Shown in pieces: positions 12,858-24,835 of a DNA stretch of 64,000 nt. The notes under the pieces were generated by a model. It was given only the letters and a program-made list of their open reading frames with translations. It made no database searches and was not told the DNA's origin. Numbering within the stretch: the stretch's first letter is position 1; each line of letters opens with the position of its first letter. Both the position numbers and the translations under genes were made by a program. The DNA is from Phoronis australis (taxonomy: Eukaryota; Animalia; Phoronida), in assembly GCA_002633005.1 (NCBI GenBank), contig NMRA01000003.1, forward strand, positions 1,143,866 to 1,207,865, given 5' to 3'.

Positions 12858-15820
12858 AATTACTCCGCGCATGTAAGCGCAGAGTACTGTTGTTCCTGGG
12901 TTTTCTTCAATTTTATTCTTATTCTTATTCTTATTACTCTGCGCGTGTAAGCGCAGAGTACTGTTGTTCCTGGGTTTTCCTCAATTTTCTTCTTCTTCTT
13001 ATTCTTCTTATTCTTATTCTTCTTCCGACCAACTTTGAGGCTTAATAACTCCAAATTGGGTGCAGGTACGGTCTTTTAATTCAGCATATGACTTTTGACA
13101 GTACAAAAATTTTAATTAGTTATATAATCATATTCCATATTGCACCGGAAAGGGTCGTTTGGTGCAAAGGTCATATAATTTTTAAAATGCTAATCCTCCT
13201 TCAGTTTTCAAGCTATATTTTTTAAATTCGGTGCACAGGTATATGTCAACATGACAATTTAAAAAATTACTTTTCTAAGTAATCGGGTCATCCAATCAGG
13301 TGAAATAGGTCAAAGGTCATTAGGTGCAAACTAAAATTTTGAGCTAGACACTTCAAATTGACAGGTCTGATTGCTACAGGTAAATCAAATCGGAATCCAA
13401 AGTTTCAGGTCATTTAGTGCAAACATGGGGTCATTAGGTGCATTTTTCTTCTGAAAATTTGACCTTTTCAATCAGCAAGTATTCTGATGTGTCAACCGTT
13501 AAACAACTGTGGTTCTCAGCGTTAAACACATTTTCCATGGGCTTTGTAATAATTCTCCTAAAGATGCTTAAAATGCACCGGATAAGGTCAATTAGTGCAA
13601 AGTCATGTAACGTTCAAAATGTTATATCTCTTACGTTTTTCAAGGAATTCTTTTCAATTTCGGTACACAGGTATAAGTCAATAAGGCAATTTAAAAAATT
13701 ACTTTCCTAAATAATCGGGTCATCCAATCAGGTTAAACAGGTCAAAGGTCGTTAGGTGCAAACTAAAATTTTGAGCTAGACACTTCAAATTCACAGGTCT
13801 GATTGGCACAAGTAATTCGATTTGGAATCGAAAGTTTCAGGTCATTTAGTGCAAACATGGGGTCATTAGGTGCATTTTTCTTCTGAAAATTTGACCTTTT
13901 CATTCTCCAATTATACTGATGTGTCAACCGTTAGACAACTGGGATTCTCAGCATTAAACACAATTTTCATGGGCTTTGCAATAATTCTCCTTAAGACACG
14001 TATAATGCACCGGATAGGGTCAATTAGTGCAAAGGTCATCTAACGTTCAAAATGGTATATCTCTTACGTTTTTCAAGGAATTCTTTTCAATTTTAGCACA
14101 CTAGTGTAAGTCAACATGCCAATTGAACAACCTACTTAACTACGCAATAGGCCTAACCAATCAGAAAAAATAGGTCAAAGGTCATTGAGTGCAAAATTAA
14201 AATTTTGAGCTAGAGACTTCAAAACTACATATCTGTTTACTAAATGCGATTGAGTTTGAATTTTAAATTTTTGGGTCATTTGGTGCACCCATGGGGTCAT
14301 TAGGTGCATTTTTCTTCTGAAAGTTTGACCAATTCATTCATGTTGTATTCTTAAGTGCTTAAAGTAAAACATCTGTTATTCTTAGCATTAATCATACTTT
14401 AAATTGGTTTATACAATTATTCCCTCATCGGGGTTCATAATGCACCGGAAGAGGTCAGTTAGTGGAAAGGTCATCGAAATATTAACATGTAATTTCTGAT
14501 ACAATTTTATAGAATACCTATTCCTATTGGTAAACGGGTTGCTGTCAGTAACTTCCCATAACAATTCCTCTAATACGCACGTGCAGAGTCCATTATTGTC
14601 ACGCCGTGACAATAATCTTTCTAGTTCTTCTTATTCTTATTCTTATTCTTATTCTTCTTCCGACCAACTTTGAGGCTTAATAGCTCCAAATTGGGTTCAG
14701 GTACGGTCTTTAAATTCAGCATATGATTTTTGACAGTATATAAATTTTGATTGGTTATATAATCATATTCCATATTGCACCGGAAGAGGTCGTTTGGTGC
14801 AAAGGTCATATAATTTTCAAAATGCTACTCCTCTTTCAGTTTTAAAGCTATCTTTTTCAAATTCGGTGCACAGGTATAAGTCAACATGACAATTTAAAAA
14901 CTTACTTTTCTAAGTAATCGGGTCATCCAATCAGGTGAAATAGGTCAAAGGTCATTAGGTGCAAACTAAAATTTTGAGCTAGACACTTCCCATTGACAGA
15001 TCTGATTGCCACAGGTAAATCAAATCGGAATCCAAAGTTTCAGGTCATTTAGTGCAATTCTGGGGTCATTAGGTGCATTTTTCTTCTGAAAATTTGACCT
15101 TTTCAATCAGCAAGTATTCTGATGTGTCAACCGTTAGACAACTGTGATTCTCAGCGTTAAACACGTTTTCCATGGGCTTTGCAATAATTCTCCTAAAAAT
15201 GCTTAAAATGCACCGGATAAGGTCAATTAGTGCAAAGGTCATGTAACGTTCAAAATGTTATATCTCTTACGTTTTTCAAGGAGTTCGTTTCAATTTCAGC
15301 ACACTGGTGTAAGTCAACATGCCAATTGAATACCCTACTTTACTTCGCAATAGGCCTAACCAATCAGAAAACATAGGTTAAAGGTCATTGAGTGCAAACT
15401 AAAATTTTGAGCTAGAGACTTCAGAATTACGTATCTGTTTACTAAGTGCGATTGAGTTTGAATTCTAAATTTTCAGGTCATTTGGTGCACCCATGGGGTC
15501 ATTATGTACATTTTTCTTCTGAAAGTTTGACCACTTCATTCATCTTGTATTCTGAAGTTCTTAAAGTAAAACATCTGTGATTATTAGCATTAACCACACT
15601 TTTAATCGAGTTAACAATTACTCCCTCATCGTTGCTCATAATGCACCGGAAGAGGTCAATTAGTGGAAAGGTCATCAAAAAATTAATATGTAATTTCTCC
15701 TGCAATTTTAAAGAATTCCTTTTCTCATTGGTAGTGGCTGTCAGTAACTTCCCATAATAATTCCAGTAATACGCACGCGCAGAGTCCGTTATTGTCACGC
15801 CGTGACAATAATCTTTCTAG
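12858..15820 (+). mobile_element. Two nested copies of a non-autonomous Helitron/Helentron-like (HINE) element with ~432-bp internal repeats
   Basis: Head hairpin TACTCYGCGC..GCGCAGAGTA at 12861 and 12935, (TTC/TTA)n microsatellite, and ~432-bp units (13238, 13670, 14104; 14872, 15308). 3' subterminal CGYGCAGAGT, hairpin ATTGTCACGCCGTGACAAT and terminal CTAG|T at 14624 and 15820. Confidence 0.85.
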
Positions 15821-15824
15821 TTGA

Positions 15825-16450
15825 GCGTTACCCTTTTCTGTCGCTGCGATGTGAATCTATCGCAACAACCGGGTCAGTTTGATCGTCATAGATAGCTGCT
15901 TTATGTTGATAAGTTATCAAAACGTTGTTATCGCTTTTGCATGCCGTTCTCACCCGGATGAAAAACTCCCGCCGTGATAAGCTTTTCTTGACGCAGCGTA
16001 CGCCGAGAGGTCTCTCCCTTTTTTCGACAATTTTCTGCCTATCGCGGTGTCTGAAACTTAGCTATTGTAGGTACACTTAGAGTTTCCCATTTACTGCAGG
16101 ACCGAGACGTTGGATACGTTCTATTTCGACAATCTCCAAATTGAATTTCACTTTTTGTTTCAGGTTTTTTAAGCCTTAAAAGACTTTACCTTACTACGAG
16201 GGTCAACTTCGCATCCATAGAATATTAAATTATCATATTTTCCAAATCTTCTTTGTATTCTGGATCCTTTACCTGGTCGCGTTGCAACGCATTTCCTTTT
16301 CGGATGTCATCGTTCATACATTCTCTCGTTTTAGAGCTTGAAAGTCTGCGGAAAGTTTTTCATATTTGTCATTAATTATCTCCAACGTTTCTTTGCGACG
16401 TGATATTGGATTTGGGACAAGCATCGCTACCTTGCATATGTTGTAATTCC
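15825..16450 (-). mobile_element. Decayed LINE ORF1 (coiled-coil/RRM type), upstream part of the element whose ORF2 lies at 12290-12857
   Basis: Frameshifted remnants EDLENM..NLIFYG, EIERIQRLG and PTIAKF resemble the ORF1 motifs LENRSRRNNLIFYG, IERAHRLG and RPIIAKF. Confidence 0.6.
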
Positions 16451-16669
16451 CCAGCTGCAAATATGTCTTGCCCTTGTGACCATAGATACTCTACAGTCTA
16501 TGGGTGTGGCTTGGTATTGTTGATGATTACGTAACAGGATGGCTTGGGCTTCCGAACAAGAAGTTTTCATAAAGGAACAAAAATATCCAAAACCATGCAA
16601 AGCTGGTATGCCTTTTGGCTGCGACTCCTGTGGTCTCTGTTTACTCGCATTGCTTAAATAAGTCTTCCA

Positions 16670-16930
16670 GGTGAATTGTCTTGTTCGTTTAACAAATGAC
16701 TTGTCTGTTCGACAAGTTGAGCCTACCAGGTTACTTGTCTGTTTGGTAACCTACTTAATCATTTGCCAACTTACTTGTTCGTTCAACAGTAGGCACTTGT
16801 TTATCCGACAGAATTGTCTTGTCTGTTTGGAAAACCATAGCATTCATGACCTGTTTATTTGACGAATCACTTGTCTGTTTAGCAAACCACTTGTCTGTTT
16901 GTCAAACCACTTGTTTATTTGACAGTGTTG
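16670..16930. repeat. Degenerate ~19-bp minisatellite
   Basis: Repeated (A)CCACTTGTCTGTTT(G/A)NCAA-like units. Confidence 0.7.
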
Positions 16931-17615
16931 TCTATTTTGAACCTTTTCGCTGCCCATAGAAAAGCGTCAGAGCTTAGCCTTTGTTGTGGATCTGAAAAAA
17001 TACTTGGCTTTTGCTATTTTTTGAAATAGAGACCGCAGAATGCAATGGCTTTCGGTAAAATGACTTGCGTCTCGTAAACTCGTCAATTTCTACTTGTTAT
17101 TAGCAATTCTTGGGTTCTTCAGTGGACACGTATGACGTTTATAGTTAAATCGTCCCTGGTGACACCTTTGTTAGTTATAATTTGTGAAACAATTCGAGGT
17201 ATCTACCGATACAAGCAGGTCCTTGTGTGAGACGGCGATCGGGAACGAAGTTGTTAATTCTCGATCGTGAACGCAAAAAATGCGATCGTGAACGTACGTT
17301 TTTTTTCTGTGCATTTTCCTGAATAATTGTTCAAATTACGGTGTTATATCAATAATTTTAGAATAATACGACCATGAATTAGTTGACAGGTCAATTGTTT
17401 GTTATACTTTCACCGTTTTTTATCATTTCTGTGTGAGATTTAGCCTCACATGCGTTTGATTTTTCAGTTGAACTGTAGCCGCATGAGGAGTCCTTCAGAG
17501 TGTTAACATACACGCCTTCAAAAAAGAGTACCGGTACCACAACTGCTGCATGTGACAAAGGGCTGTGTTTGCATATATGTTGTGGAGCTTCGTTCAGGAA
17601 GAAACCTTTTTTGTA

Positions 17616-17946
17616 NNNNNNNNNNNNNNNNNNNNNNNNNNNNNNNNNNNNNNNNNNNNNNNNNNNNNNNNNNNNNNNNNNNNNNNNNNNNNNNNNNNNN
17701 NNNNNNNNNNNNNNNNNNNNNNNNNNNNNNNNNNNNNNNNNNNNNNNNNNNNNNNNNNNNNNNNNNNNNNNNNNNNNNNNNNNNNNNNNNNNNNNNNNNN
17801 NNNNNNNNNNNNNNNNNNNNNNNNNNNNNNNNNNNNNNNNNNNNNNNNNNNNNNNNNNNNNNNNNNNNNNNNNNNNNNNNNNNNNNNNNNNNNNNNNNNN
17901 NNNNNNNNNNNNNNNNNNNNNNNNNNNNNNNNNNNNNNNNNNNNNN
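17616..17946. other. Assembly gap
   Basis: Run of N. Confidence 1.
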
Positions 17947-18014
17947 CCCCCCCCCCCTCCCTTGCGTCCTCCCGATGCCACCATATTTGTACAGAATTCC
18001 CCACGTGGGAGGCA

Positions 18015-18163
18015 CAGTGGCGGACTTAGGGGGTCAAGAGGCCATGACCCCTAAAATTCTCCCAGATTCCATTTGGCAGTTCGGAGGTGCCAATTTCTGA
18101 CTGGTAAACCTTGGCTAATACTCTGCCCTGTCCCCCCAACTCAAAATCCTGGATCCGCCTCTG
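18015..18163 (-). mobile_element. CAG..CTG MITE copy
   Basis: CAGTGGCGGACTTAG...CTCAAAATCCTGGATCCGCCTCTG, the reverse complement of the copies at 11451, 51440 and 55725. Confidence 0.8.
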
Positions 18164-19677
18164 GGACAATCCCGAGGATCCAGCCATTAAGAGTTGAGTA
18201 ACCGTGAACCGACACGGAGAGTAAGAATGGGCCTAGGACCAGTACAATGACCTGTAGCGAGGAGCTGCCTCAAGTAGTGAGCTGACATCTAACAGTGTAA
18301 AAATACGAAATTCCCGATGAACTAAAGGTAGTTGCTGGTCAGCTCAATTACGTATGATTCACTTGAGACAGGCAGCTTAGCTCGCATCGACCGTCTGCAC
18401 TCGTTCTACGGTCAAGATTCGTTTTGTTGTGATCCAGTTTCGGGAAAACTTTATTTTATTATGGTCATTCTTTGAAAGAGTTTTTTTTTTTGAAAAGGTG
18501 AGGCCCCGAAGTCCTTGGTATAGTACCTTTGGGGCTGTTTCAGAATCCCTAGTTGAAACAAGACCGGTAGTTCAGTTTCTGGTGGCTGGGGAAAAGGACA
18601 GTGTGTCCCAAAAAATCACTGAGAGTCTGTGCGGCCTACTGCATGGTTACATTTTATTTTTAACGTGGATACGTCAGTCATGACGTACATGCGAATCAGG
18701 GAAAGCAATCAATTCAGTTTTGAAGAGCAAATATTCATTACTCAATACTACTGGAAACTAAAAACACCAAGGAACTGCGAAGACAACCTTTCCAAGAAAT
18801 GAGTTTAATTATATTTATTTAAGGATCATTAAAACGTTTTTTCTATCTACGGTTTGTGTGTACGAATTTCATCAATGTCTTTGAGAGTTATTTTAGATAT
18901 GCAAAAATCGTCTAAGTGTACTTTACTATTTGGGGATGGTATTATAGAGTTTTTCCGACTTCAGGCAGCAATTAAATTCATTGGATTATCACCAATTCTT
19001 ACAAGATTAGCTTCTAATTGTCAAAAATCATCTATGAATCTATCGATATTCGTATATACATAAACAAGTAAATCAGAAACCAACGAATTTGTTTATCAAA
19101 CAAGAAATGTTATGCGCAATTTCCGCATGCATGCTCGCAGACTTTTGACGGGTAACCAGGGGAATATGGGAGATGGGGTATTCGTATTAGAGTGTATTTT
19201 CAGAGGTACCTATAACGGTTCACGATGTAAACTTGAACTCCACCGACAAAAAAATGTTGAAATCTTTGTTTATGATTGCGAGAGTTCTTTGAATACCCCT
19301 TTCGACATGTACATGATCATTACAAATAGTAGCCTAGACAGCAGTGTTTCCCACAAGTGGGAATTCCTTATAAACAACTCATAGTAACCATCTTCAAAAG
19401 AGATATTATTCTTGTGATTCTACGGGAAACAGTAACATTATTTTATAACTAACCATCGGAAATAGTCCTTTTGTGTAATTCACAACTAGTGGTCTTCACC
19501 TTCTTCAAAATTCCACCCTTTCGATGGCGGCAATCCTACTATATTTTTTCAAATTTTTGGTTGTTTGCGTCGAATGGCTGGGATGTGCAAGAATGTTTTG
19601 TGTTTTTTGATGAATTTGAAATCTCAGCTTCCCTCGTGAATACTTGGCAGTGTCGGATTTACATACAGGGTTAGTGC

Positions 19678-19810
19678 GCTATTCTATATTATGGTTATGG
19701 CCATGGAGTGTCTACCTATGTACCGTTATTCTATATTGATGGTCATGACCATGGACTTACAGTGCCTAATAGTGCACTATTCTATATTATGGACATGACC
19801 ACGGATTTAG
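19678..19810. repeat. Three degenerate ~50-bp tandem units
   Basis: TATTCTATATT(G)ATGG.CATG.CCA.GGA occurs three times. Confidence 0.7.
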
Positions 19811-19857
19811 ATTGTCTATATTTATGTAGCGAGCTACGACAATTAGTATGACCAAAA

Positions 19858-19989
19858 CATGCGCGCACCCAGCCTTCAATATGGGGGGGGGGGCTCGAAT
19901 TCCTAACGTTGTGGACCTTTTGGTAACAAAATAGCCGGCGGACTAAAAAAAAAGGCGCGCCACTGTNCCCCCCCCTGGGTGCGCGCATG
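19858..19989. mobile_element. MITE with perfect 15-bp TIR CATGCGCGCACCCAG
   Basis: TIRs at 19858-19872 and 19975-19989, flanked by CAAAA on both sides (5-bp TSD). Confidence 0.8.
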
Positions 19990-22562
19990 CAAAAATAGGA
20001 AATAGAGCCTGTAATTCGTCTAACACGTGGGTGAGACGAACTCTTTATACATGTAGAATATTTTTTCTATTTGGATTTGATATGTCTTACACCTTGAAGC
20101 TTGTAATGCACCAAGGCCAGTCAATGAATGTATATTGTGTTTATTGAAATACCTTTAGGCAGTCATTAGTTTTAGCAGAATTATTAAAGTTTGACTTGTG
20201 GCAATATTGCGTAGCGTTTTAAGACACATGTTCATATTGACGTCATTCAGCATTTAATTCCAAACTTCAATGCGCCAACGCCACGGATATTTGTCAAGTT
20301 TGATATATGTAACCCCCCTCTTGTTGCAACAACTAACTATACATGGTTTCTAGAACGTTCTAACGTTTCAATTTACGTTTAACAACTATAGGAGACGGAA
20401 CGTGATGTACCTTAATTACAGAAATTCATAAGCACTAATAGAATGGCTGCAGGACGGGATTGAACTGGAACCCTCTGGTACAACACTTCGGGGCGGCAGG
20501 TGGCACCAGTGGATTATTAATTAAAATTCGTTTGCCTGACTTACTTGAATAAATCTATGTAACATTTCTGATGCTAAAAAGTTTAGTGCCGATCATTACG
20601 AATTGTTGTGTCGCCTCTCCCTCCTCCCTCCTTCTCTCCGGAGAGGGTTCCGCACGAGACAAATCTACCTCCATCCTAGCTACATGTACGCACCTCAGGA
20701 TGTACACAGAATTCCGTGCCCTGACTGTTGCATACTTCTGTATGCCTTATACGTTGCTCCTTGCTAGTGCAGATATAGTGCCTGTGTACACTTGTGCACG
20801 CGCAGATCAGTATAGTGCCTATGTACACTTGTCCTGCACGCGCAGATATACATGTATATAGAGGGACAAAGGGACATTTACCCCGAACTGCTCCACCGAG
20901 AAAGGGTACCGTCTGAAATGAGACACATTAAGATGAAAGGCTAAACATTATTAAGCTTGGAAAAAAGTGACAGTTCATTCCACCGTCGTGTGGTCCCAAA
21001 ACGATGCAGGGAGTGACCTCCTTCAACATGAAAGCACGATTTCACAAAAAAAAACAGGAAAATAGAGGTAATCGATTCCAACATTGGACCCTCTCTCCGT
21101 GAGCGGCCCCGTAAGAATTTGTCAATAAAGACACAAAAAGGTGGCCACTTGAATGTCATCAATGGTCTCCTTCAAGGGCGGGGCTCCTAAATATGAAAAT
21201 ATCTATATTTTCAAATATCAGGAAATGCGCAGCAATTGATATTATCTGTTAGGTCATCAAATTTTCTCAAGTGATTTACAGTTTCGAGAAAAAAAAAATA
21301 AAGCGAAAGTTGTCTCCGTTGCCAGAGAGGGGCCTCTGGAAAAATATAGTTTTGCATTCGCAAAATTGACTTATTGAATTTAAACATATATGTGTGCGTT
21401 TAGACGACCTGTGCTGCAAAAGCGAAGACCCTAACGACAGTGTCCTGGCCAGGGTCCTTAAAAGGTAAACCATGTACTGATGCAGATTTCTTAAATGTGC
21501 TCTTGAATTTTCTCTCTTATCCGTTTTCGCAGTCTTTCTTTCCTCGACAGTCCCCGGCACAACGCCTATCTCGGCTGCCACGGTTTAACCCAGACGCCTG
21601 AAAAATTTTTGGGGGCCCGTGCTCCCTCGGCCCCCCCCCCCCCCGCATCCTACGGCCCTGTAAACTGGCCTCAGCCTATTCCTTACTCAGATGAGAAGAG
21701 ATTTCTGAGCTGCCAAAGAACCGACAATTCGTTATTCAGCTAGATAATACTGGGTGGATAAAATGTGCCTGGTTTCAAGCAATAACGAAATGTCAATTCC
21801 TTAGGAGCCCTGAAATCATCTCCAATTTGACTTCAGAACAGATCGTGGCCAATTTCAAAATGGCAAGCAGCAATCAAAATTTGACTTATGTGATGGAAGG
21901 TGGTTTTATCGCCGCGTTATTTTTACTAAAAATTCCTAATAAAATCATATGTTGCCTTACAAAGGTAGAAAAATCCCCAGAATGTATATTTAATTGTCAG
22001 GAATTTCCTGGCGACCCAACATGTCGGACTCTCGGGAAGCTGGAATCGGCAGAAGCAAGTGCTGTCTTCAAGTACAGTGGCGGATCTATGGGGGATTCAG
22101 GGTTTTTAAACCCCTCCTTGGGCCAGGACCCAAAAATAAAAAAAACAAAAACGTCTCCAGCAAAACAAAAACGACACCGCCAGCATGTGTAAACCCCAAG
22201 TAAACCAACCTGGAAAAAATTGAGGGGGGTTCACTCTGAAAATATAATCTTTGCATTGCAAATAGCTGTTATGAAAATCAACGCATTTCGAGTCTTCGTG
22301 GCTCATCAGCAAAACGCGCGGAGATCAGTTGTGCGCGCGCTTCCGTCGACACTTCTGAAGTAGCAAAGCACACCCCGGCCAACCGCGATCGAGAACGCCC
22401 GGAAGACGATCGAGAACGAGACCTTACACCAAAAATGGCAGACGACAGTGAAGTACCCGGTGAGTTTAAGTGTCATTTTCTTCTTAAATAGAGGCCACTT
22501 TGGTACCAATGCGACACATCGAAAAGCGTCAGAGCTTAGCCTTTGTTGTGGATCTGAAAAAA

Positions 22563-23408
22563 NNNNNNNNNNNNNNNNNNNNNNNNNNNNNNNNNNNNNN
22601 NNNNNNNNNNNNNNNNNNNNNNNNNNNNNNNNNNNNNNNNNNNNNNNNNNNNNNNNNNNNNNNNNNNNNNNNNNNNNNNNNNNNNNNNNNNNNNNNNNNN
22701 NNNNNNNNNNNNNNNNNNNNNNNNNNNNNNNNNNNNNNNNNNNNNNNNNNNNNNNNNNNNNNNNNNNNNNNNNNNNNNNNNNNNNNNNNNNNNNNNNNNN
22801 NNNNNNNNNNNNNNNNNNNNNNNNNNNNNNNNNNNNNNNNNNNNNNNNNNNNNNNNNNNNNNNNNNNNNNNNNNNNNNNNNNNNNNNNNNNNNNNNNNNN
22901 NNNNNNNNNNNNNNNNNNNNNNNNNNNNNNNNNNNNNNNNNNNNNNNNNNNNNNNNNNNNNNNNNNNNNNNNNNNNNNNNNNNNNNNNNNNNNNNNNNNN
23001 NNNNNNNNNNNNNNNNNNNNNNNNNNNNNNNNNNNNNNNNNNNNNNNNNNNNNNNNNNNNNNNNNNNNNNNNNNNNNNNNNNNNNNNNNNNNNNNNNNNN
23101 NNNNNNNNNNNNNNNNNNNNNNNNNNNNNNNNNNNNNNNNNNNNNNNNNNNNNNNNNNNNNNNNNNNNNNNNNNNNNNNNNNNNNNNNNNNNNNNNNNNN
23201 NNNNNNNNNNNNNNNNNNNNNNNNNNNNNNNNNNNNNNNNNNNNNNNNNNNNNNNNNNNNNNNNNNNNNNNNNNNNNNNNNNNNNNNNNNNNNNNNNNNN
23301 NNNNNNNNNNNNNNNNNNNNNNNNNNNNNNNNNNNNNNNNNNNNNNNNNNNNNNNNNNNNNNNNNNNNNNNNNNNNNNNNNNNNNNNNNNNNNNNNNNNN
23401 NNNNNNNN
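22563..23408. other. Assembly gap
   Basis: Run of N. Confidence 1.
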
Positions 23409-24499
23409 AGAGATCCTGACAAAACTACGAAAAACAAGCGTTGTGTTATATTTTCACAAGTCAATTCTTCATAACTTCATGGTCAATTTATTGATTTAGT
23501 GCCAAAAATAACGGCAATTTGCCAAAATGACATACGAATCCCCTTTGACTCAAGCGATGCCTCGTTCAACGTAACTTATCTCCAATAATTGGAACAGACA
23601 CCAGCCCAAACCTCTACCTGCCCTTCCTCGATGTGTTACGCCTTGAACTCATGTCTCTGTTTTCACATTGGAAGTAAAACAACGTAAATTCATCAAATTT
23701 ACTCACCTTGCCTGGTTTCGCTTCTCACAACCGGTTTCGTTCTCGATCGCTTTCCGGTCGTTCTCGATCGCGGGTTGGCCGGGGTGCCATTTTAGATGGA
23801 TCCACCGCTGAAAGAGCAGCTCTATAGCTGATTTCTTTAGGTAACTAGCTTTTTTTACTCTAAGATATGTTTTGATTTAATCAGGGGAAATACTGCGGTG
23901 CCGCAACCCTAATATTCAGGCGAATTGACATGCAACGTTTTTACCTCATCTGTCATGCCGTGTCATTCCATTATACCCCACACGTTTGTAACTCGAATTT
24001 GACTGGTGTAGTAAAGTTGTCTTGCGCAACATCATACAGTGTACATGTAATATTTTTGAAAGAACTCGTTTTCCGAAGAATTGCTATTGTCGCGGGCGCC
24101 GTGGTCTGGTGGCGAGTCCGTTTGAAGATGCACTCTAACAAGTTATGTCTATACAAAGAATGATCAAGGGGGTGGCACTCACATTGACAAAGTGACCGCA
24201 TTCGCGAACAGTGTACAGTATCAGAAATTGCGGGGAGGCTGTATTTTCACAGCAAAATCTTGCGGGACTCGTGCGATGTTCAACAGGCCTTCTAAGGAGC
24301 TCTAGTTCCCGGCGACCTCAACACCTACCGTCTTTCTAGCTGCAATAAGCACCACTGCCGTTTTCTATACTGGGAATTTCCTCAGAAAGGCCCACCCGAT
24401 GAAAAGCCCATGCCCATGGGCATTTATTTGATGTTAGTACTTGGGGTTTCAAGCGTAAGGACTTTTATTTCGAAAATGGCAATTAGAGATGCAAATAGG

Positions 24500-24835
24500 T
24501 CCTAGGATACATCGTCTAGGTTTGAAGTAGTTCATGATGAACAGATCAAATTTAGTTGCGCATGTAAGTCTTTTGAATGGACTTGGCAACCTCAGGGAGC
24601 TTAGTAGTGCCAATTGAGCTGCGAAACGAGATGCTGACATTGTAGAGGCTTACAAGCTCATTGACACAGCAGTTGACGAAGTGTAAGCGTTGGGAACAAA
24701 CATCGAATATGTCTGGTGAATGGTTCCAAGACAAGCAAACCATTGGATCCGATATACAGATTCCTCGGCAGTCCTGACAACAGCAGGATAGGACTAACGT
24801 TCCTGGAGAAACACCCACGTAATAAGTTATAATTC
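24500..24835 (+). pseudogene. hAT transposase relic (ZMYM1/THAP12-P52rIPK-like group)
   Basis: Stop-interrupted translation RDADIVEAYKLIDTAVDEV*ALGTNIE...IQIPRQS*QQQDRTNVPGETPT resembles the DIxxA...PR..RQ.HR.NVP.ETPEEY segment of hAT transposases. Recognised by eye. Confidence 0.65.

Noticed and set aside
12858-15820. CRISPR-like periodicity
   Set aside because: Units are long degenerate tandem repeats without unique spacers, the context is eukaryotic, and there are no cas genes.
17391-18100. Long ORFs in the track spanning 17.4-18.1 kb (and 22.4-23.5 kb)
   Set aside because: Artefacts of translating N runs.
20445-20490. tRNA B-box-like sequence on the minus strand
   Set aside because: No cloverleaf or A box could be built. 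Possibly a SINE remnant.
22275-22315. Hammerhead-like CTGATGA...GAAATGCGTT on the minus strand
   Set aside because: Stem II and stem I do not pair convincingly. At best a degenerate relic.
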